A DNA stretch of 64,000 nucleotides, taken from contig CAWBNQ010000001.1 in the NCBI GenBank assembly GCA_963790205.1, positions 160,001 through 224,000 on the forward strand, in the 5' to 3' direction. The notes under the pieces are model-generated. The model ran no database searches. It was not told the origin of the DNA and was given only the letters and a program-made list of their open reading frames with translations. A program made the translations under genes and the position numbers. Origin of the DNA: Nitrospirota bacterium. GTDB lineage: Bacteria > Nitrospirota > UBA9217. This document shows, one piece after another, positions 59,447 to 64,000 of the stretch. Within the stretch, counting starts at the first letter, position 1; the number at the start of each line of letters is the position of its first letter.

Positions 59447-61045
59447 GGGCTGTTGCCCAAAGGACTTCCCGCGAACGATCAAGCGCCTTGATGCGTAAAG
59501 AGGTCTAAGCTAATGACGGGCAATATCGGTTCTGTCTCAAGGGAATATGCAAAATGAGCGATCCGAAAGCCTTTGCCACTGTTCTTTGAACAACGAGCAG
59601 CCGTACCGCAGCTGCTTTCTTCGGCTTGGAAGCATGCGCTATTAGCACTTGCATGTTCTGGATGGCACAGGTCATATATTCCTGGACCCGCATTCGCCAA
59701 AGGCCTCGCCAGCGTGCTTGATCGAAGCCGTATCGGGTGCCCCTGGCAAAGGATCGCTCCATCAGGTGTTGTCTGGTTTTGATGTCGTACCGTGCATTGG
59801 CTGATCGACTGATTGCACGCATGCGCTCCAGAACATTCTGCCGGAGATGACGCTTGATCGTTCGGCCGGACTTGTTTTTCGTGCATTGCTCTCTAAGCTG
59901 GCACGCTGCGCAGACTTTCCTGGGCGCTGCGTAATCCCGGCTTTGTCTGGCTATATGCAGCGACTTCGGCTTGAGCTGAGTTCCTGCCGGGCACATATAG
60001 GAGTCGGTGGCAGGATCATAGGAAAATCTATCTTCCATAAAGATGTCGGTTTTCGCTATGCGATTGATCGCCACGTCTCGTAAATCCGGGATATGCGCCT
60101 TTATGCCCTTGTCATGGCAGGCAAGGAAGTTGTCGATCGTTCCGTACTTACTGTCCGCAACAACCGTTTCGGCCTCGACTTCCGTTGTTGCGTGGTGTTG
60201 CTCAAGCAGCGAAAGCATCAGATGGGCTTCGTTCACATCGCCGGGCGCTACGTCGGTTGCAGTGATGATTTCTTTTTTACCGTCAACGGCCCGATGCACT
60301 TGGTAGGAAAGTTTGGATTTCCCCCGGTTCACCAGGGCCGCGTCCGGGTCGGTGGTGGAGATATAGCGGTTGTTCTTTTTTTCGTAGGTCCTGGAAGGAT
60401 CAGTGCTTTCGGTGCGTTCTTCCAAGCGGGCTTCCAGCTTTTTATAATTTTTGTGCAACTGATGTTTCAGGTTCCGGGTATCGAGAACCGAACTGTTGGA
60501 GGCATTTGCATCCACCAGACTGGAGTCGACGAAGATCTTGCGGCCGTCAATAAGACCGGCTTCCGCGCACTGCAGAACAATACGTTCGAAGAACCTTTGA
60601 AAAACATCGAGGCCCCATTTTTTGCGGGCCTTGGATAGCACGCTATGGTTGGGAATTTCAGAATCAAGGTCATACCCGAGAAACCAGAGCCAATCCATAC
60701 GCTCTGGCAGGGTGTCCATCAGCTCCCGCTCCGAGCGGACATTATAAAAGATCAGGAGTAGCATCAGTTTCAGGATAATTGGTGGTGGCACTGAAACGTT
60801 GCCGTTGTTGCCGTACAAGTCCTTGACTTCGTCATAGGCGAAGTTGAAATCGATCAGCGTATTGACTTTTCTCAAAGGATGGTTCTCACGAACCCGTTTT
60901 TCTATATTGATGCCGATATAGAACAAGCTGCTTTGAGGCGGTTGCTGCAATCCCATCATGGCTATTGGCTCCTGATGTCGTGATTGACGTCGCAGCAATA
61001 TAGCATTACTGAGTGGCTTTCTCAATATCATTTGGGCAACAGCCC
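59447..61045 (-). mobile_element. IS1182-family insertion sequence
   Basis: 14-bp perfect TIRs at 59447-59460 and 61032-61045 enclosing the transposase; no matching TSD. Confidence 0.9.
59505..60959 (-). CDS. IS1182-family DDE transposase
   Basis: HPLRKV, SERELM, PNHSVLS, VDSSLVDANAS, STTDPDA, ADSKYG, CPAG..C..C...C, ERSFA. Confidence 0.92.
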   Translation of the reverse strand: MMGLQQPPQSSLFYIGINIEKRVRENHPLRKVNTLIDFNFAYDEVKDLYGNNGNVSVPPPIILKLMLLLIFYNVRSERELMDTLPERMDWLWFLGYDLDSEIPNHSVLSKARKKWGLDVFQRFFERIVLQCAEAGLIDGRKIFVDSSLVDANASNSSVLDTRNLKHQLHKNYKKLEARLEERTESTDPSRTYEKKNNRYISTTDPDAALVNRGKSKLSYQVHRAVDGKKEIITATDVAPGDVNEAHLMLSLLEQHHATTEVEAETVVADSKYGTIDNFLACHDKGIKAHIPDLRDVAINRIAKTDIFMEDRFSYDPATDSYMCPAGTQLKPKSLHIARQSRDYAAPRKVCAACQLREQCTKNKSGRTIKRHLRQNVLERMRAISRSANARYDIKTRQHLMERSFARGTRYGFDQARWRGLWRMRVQEYMTCAIQNMQVLIAHASKPKKAAAVRLLVVQRTVAKAFGSLILHIPLRQNRYCPSLA

Positions 61046-61728
61046 GTAGATGGATGACCCTGAAGGCGTCGTTGTTCAAAAGCGAGAACGAACATTTCTG
61101 CTTCCTTGCCAAGCTCTCCCTGACGGGCCAATTGGCTTTTTAGTTCTGAAAGTGTGAGCTTTCTCTTCGAGCTCATACTGCTCTCTTTTAGAGAATCTAC
61201 GACCAAAATCTGGAAAAGTTCGGAGGAATTCTGGCTGACGAATAGATTGTTTGATCTTAGTAGGGTATCCCTTTCAAAAAACCCGACCGATATCAACAGG
61301 TTTCTTATGGCAAAGAATCGAAGTGGGATAAGACTTCCCTTAACATAGAAGCAGTTTCTTCCGATATCAAATCTTAAGGCGTCCGGATTGATAAAATCAG
61401 CTATAGCGCCATCGCGCCTCAACGATAGGAAAAGACCTTTAATGAAATCACCCTGTTCAAGGTAATTATGTTGATTATCGATTTTAGCTGGTTCGAAAAG
61501 ATCGGTGTTTATTGAAACGATGTCATCGGATATAGTGATGAATGTCATGAACTCCAGCAGCTTCAACATCCCGACGAAAGATCTACTTATCGAGAAGTGG
61601 TTCGAGGCGCAGTACTTCTTGAGGTCGGATACATTTTGATTCCTGGATAAAGGAAGAGCCTTGAAAATCAAGAACAGTAACTCTTCCTTGCTACCGAGGC
61701 TATCATATTTGAGAAGATCTTCTAACAT
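61046..61728 (-). pseudogene. Gene cut by the IS at the likely start of a DUF3883/NOV-C-like nuclease domain
   Basis: ...LSELKSQLARQGELGKEAEMFVLAFEQRRL, then IS sequence; no continuation found beyond the IS. Confidence 0.6.
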
Positions 61729-63697
61729 AATCGCGAATTATTGCCTTAATATCGCTCTCCAGGTCAATATCGTAATCCATATTCTCGCTGAACAGTGGAA
61801 TCTCTTGGCTCTCTATAAGTTCAAGCATGCGTTGTTCCTTTTCAGCCAGCCTAAGGTGTATGGTCTCATCTATCGTATTTCTTGCAATGACATAATGATA
61901 ATAGGTCGTAGTATGGGGATCTAGACCAACACGATGAATTCTGTCTTTAGATTGTATGAAATGTGTCGCATTGAAGGTGCGTTCCAAATAGATAGCATTG
62001 TGAGCAGCCTTATGTAAAGAAATCGATTCCGAGACTGCAAATGGATTCGCAATGATTACCTTGAATGGCGAATTAGGCTGGTGAAACTCATGGATGATCT
62101 TCTCGCGTGTTAAAATGCTCTCCATTGGTACATCGTCTCTCTCAACCGGCACTTCCCCAATCAATAGCCTGGATTCGATCCCATGCTGCGTCAAGTAATT
62201 TTGAAGTTCTTTGATATTCTGAATAAAAGTACCCCAAATTATGACCTTCTCGTTCCTAGCGAGCAGGTCAACCACAATATCTTTCACTACTGTAAATTTA
62301 TGGGGAACACTCTCAAGCTCTGAGTAGTGCATGATTTTCTTGATGACCTCTGTGTCGTCTATATACAGCTCATCGCGCAATCCTTGGTCTCGAAAGAAGG
62401 TCTCGAGGGGCTGTCTAAGAAGATTTGGATTTGTAGCGGCTTGCATCAGTCGGATGAACCGTGCTTTTGTGAGCTCGGAATTCAAAGACAGGGACGTGTC
62501 GGTGCTACTGAAGTATGCTAAGTATTTATTTTCAATGAACTCGTAGATTTCACGCTGAACGGGTCCCATTTCTACGTAGGCTGGGGCAAGGTTAACAGCA
62601 GGAGGCAGGTTCAGATGGCTTTTTCTGATTCTTACAAAATAAGGCGAGACATTTTCAATAAGCTGGCTAATACGTGGGTCATATCGGTTGCTTGACATGT
62701 CTTTCAACTGGTATACGGAAAAGTCTACAATCTCCTTCCCCGGCCAGATAAATTCAAAGAGATTATAGATGTCTTCATATCCATTAGGGAGCGGCGTTCC
62801 CGTTAACACAACCCGCGAGCAACAGTATTTCGAAATGCTCAAGGCCGCCTGTGCCCACATACCGCCTTCGACATTTTTTATCCGATGTGCTTCATCAAGA
62901 ACAACCATAACTTTATTTTCAGAACGCTTTAAATAATGGATAAGACCCGAGAGATTGTACGAGAGGCTCTGATAAGACATCAATGTCAATTCGGGTGTAT
63001 CTTCTACCTTTTCAAAGGACAAGAGGTGCCTATCTCTCTCTTCTTTGGGCATTCCACCTGAAAGTCTTATTGCGTTCGGCTCGCGGCCGAAACACAGAGT
63101 AAATTCATCCTCCCAAGGTCCAAATGAGCTTAATGGACCAATCACTAAGAGTTTGTTGACTCTTTTAGGATGTTCATAAGGCAGACTGTTTAGATAGGCG
63201 AAGGCTGCATAAACAATAGACGTCTTGCCCGCTCCTGGAACAGAAAAATTACATGCATTTTGAGAAAAGGCTAAATGGAAAGCTGAAAGAAGTTGTTTAT
63301 CATACAACGTTCGTTTTGGCAACTTACGATCAACCAACTCCTTAAATTCTCTAAACTCTTTTTCGTCTAATTCATTATTCCATATGCCTCTAGCTTTGCG
63401 GCTGAATTGCTTGAAATTCTCCCTCTCCCTATAATAGAAAGTAAGGACTTTCATTATCTGATCAGAATCGGTTTGCTGTATCCCATATTTTTTTAACGAG
63501 TCATGTATTTTTTTTAGTATTTGCTCCTTGTCTTCATTTAAGTAAGGCACAACAATAGTTCCGGCAGTGTTAAAAACCGCCTTGAGATAATCACGAAAGA
63601 AATACTTTGCGCGATAATTCTTTGAGATGATATCAGTGTCACCCGAAAGAATGAAGTTATTCTGCTGCTCATCGATTGAGAGTTCAACAGAGGCCAT
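61703..63697 (-). CDS. SNF2-family helicase/ATPase
   Basis: SVPGAGKT (I), VLDEAHRIKN (II), LTGTP (III), SESISLH (V), QSKDRIHRVG (VI). Confidence 0.9.
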   Translation of the reverse strand: MASVELSIDEQQNNFILSGDTDIISKNYRAKYFFRDYLKAVFNTAGTIVVPYLNEDKEQILKKIHDSLKKYGIQQTDSDQIMKVLTFYYRERENFKQFSRKARGIWNNELDEKEFREFKELVDRKLPKRTLYDKQLLSAFHLAFSQNACNFSVPGAGKTSIVYAAFAYLNSLPYEHPKRVNKLLVIGPLSSFGPWEDEFTLCFGREPNAIRLSGGMPKEERDRHLLSFEKVEDTPELTLMSYQSLSYNLSGLIHYLKRSENKVMVVLDEAHRIKNVEGGMWAQAALSISKYCCSRVVLTGTPLPNGYEDIYNLFEFIWPGKEIVDFSVYQLKDMSSNRYDPRISQLIENVSPYFVRIRKSHLNLPPAVNLAPAYVEMGPVQREIYEFIENKYLAYFSSTDTSLSLNSELTKARFIRLMQAATNPNLLRQPLETFFRDQGLRDELYIDDTEVIKKIMHYSELESVPHKFTVVKDIVVDLLARNEKVIIWGTFIQNIKELQNYLTQHGIESRLLIGEVPVERDDVPMESILTREKIIHEFHQPNSPFKVIIANPFAVSESISLHKAAHNAIYLERTFNATHFIQSKDRIHRVGLDPHTTTYYHYVIARNTIDETIHLRLAEKEQRMLELIESQEIPLFSENMDYDIDLESDIKAIIRDYVRRSSQI

Positions 63698-63699
63698 TG

Positions 63700-64000
63700 T
63701 TAATCATCCGATCCGCGCTTAATTGCTTGTTGAAAGTTCCAAACAATAGTATTTATTTCTTTTAAGAGAGAGAGAACATTAGGGTCATCGATGAAAGCTT
63801 TTGAATTGACGTCAATCGATTCTAATGTGCTCTTGGCCCGCTTTAACAAATCCATAGGTTCTTCCTGTTGGTTCTTAAGATCAAGTCTATATCTCGTTTG
63901 TCCAAGATTTTTCTTTAGGTGCACGGAAGTTTCTTTTGCCCAGGCTTCGTCTCTATATTTTAATAATTGGTCTAGCTTTTCATCGGGATTTTGTCGTCGC
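63700..64000 (-). CDS. C-terminal part of an upstream operon gene (runs off window end)
   Basis: Frame open to 63999 (RRQNPDEKLDQLLKYRDEAWAKE...); stop 2 bp before the SNF2 ATG. Confidence 0.7.
   Translation of the reverse strand, partial: RRQNPDEKLDQLLKYRDEAWAKETSVHLKKNLGQTRYRLDLKNQQEEPMDLLKRAKSTLESIDVNSKAFIDDPNVLSLLKEINTIVWNFQQAIKRGSDD

Noticed and set aside
60960..61112. N-terminal extension of the transposase in the ORF track
   Set aside because: It crosses the IS terminal repeat; the SD-supported start is at 60959

Overview
GC-rich bacterial chromosomal window. Gene content and order resemble Nitrospirota/Desulfobacterota-type anaerobes (inference). Most of it (about 1-56 kb) is housekeeping. 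It holds a complete dcw cluster on the minus strand (mraZ-STAS-rsmH-ftsL-ftsI-murE-murF-mraY-murD-ftsW-murG-murC-murB-ddl-ftsQ-ftsA-ftsZ) and a radical SAM-pgeF-yggS-proC-yggT-divIVA-yggU block. Also present are tmRNA, prfC, trpB2, mutY, cysteine synthase, a PAS hybrid kinase and a vapBC pair. Ten single-base (+1) frameshifts, several in essential genes, look like long-read consensus errors. The last ~7 kb is an AT-richer accessory region: a field of GGGTC-type junction motifs delimiting small genes and gene fragments around a truncated Y1/RAYT-like HUH transposase, an IS1182-family element plus a 129-bp MITE with the same ends, and an interrupted SNF2-helicase operon that may be a defence system. 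The main non-coding signals are: (i) the GGGTC cassette-like array; (ii) 7/8/9-nt-periodic palindromes at many gene junctions, three of them cleanly invaded by a CCTG...CAGGGTR micro-element; (iii) a leader-peptide attenuator in front of yedA; (iv) a candidate sRNA with three AGGA/UCCU-loop hairpins. Family assignments come from motif recognition, not database searches.
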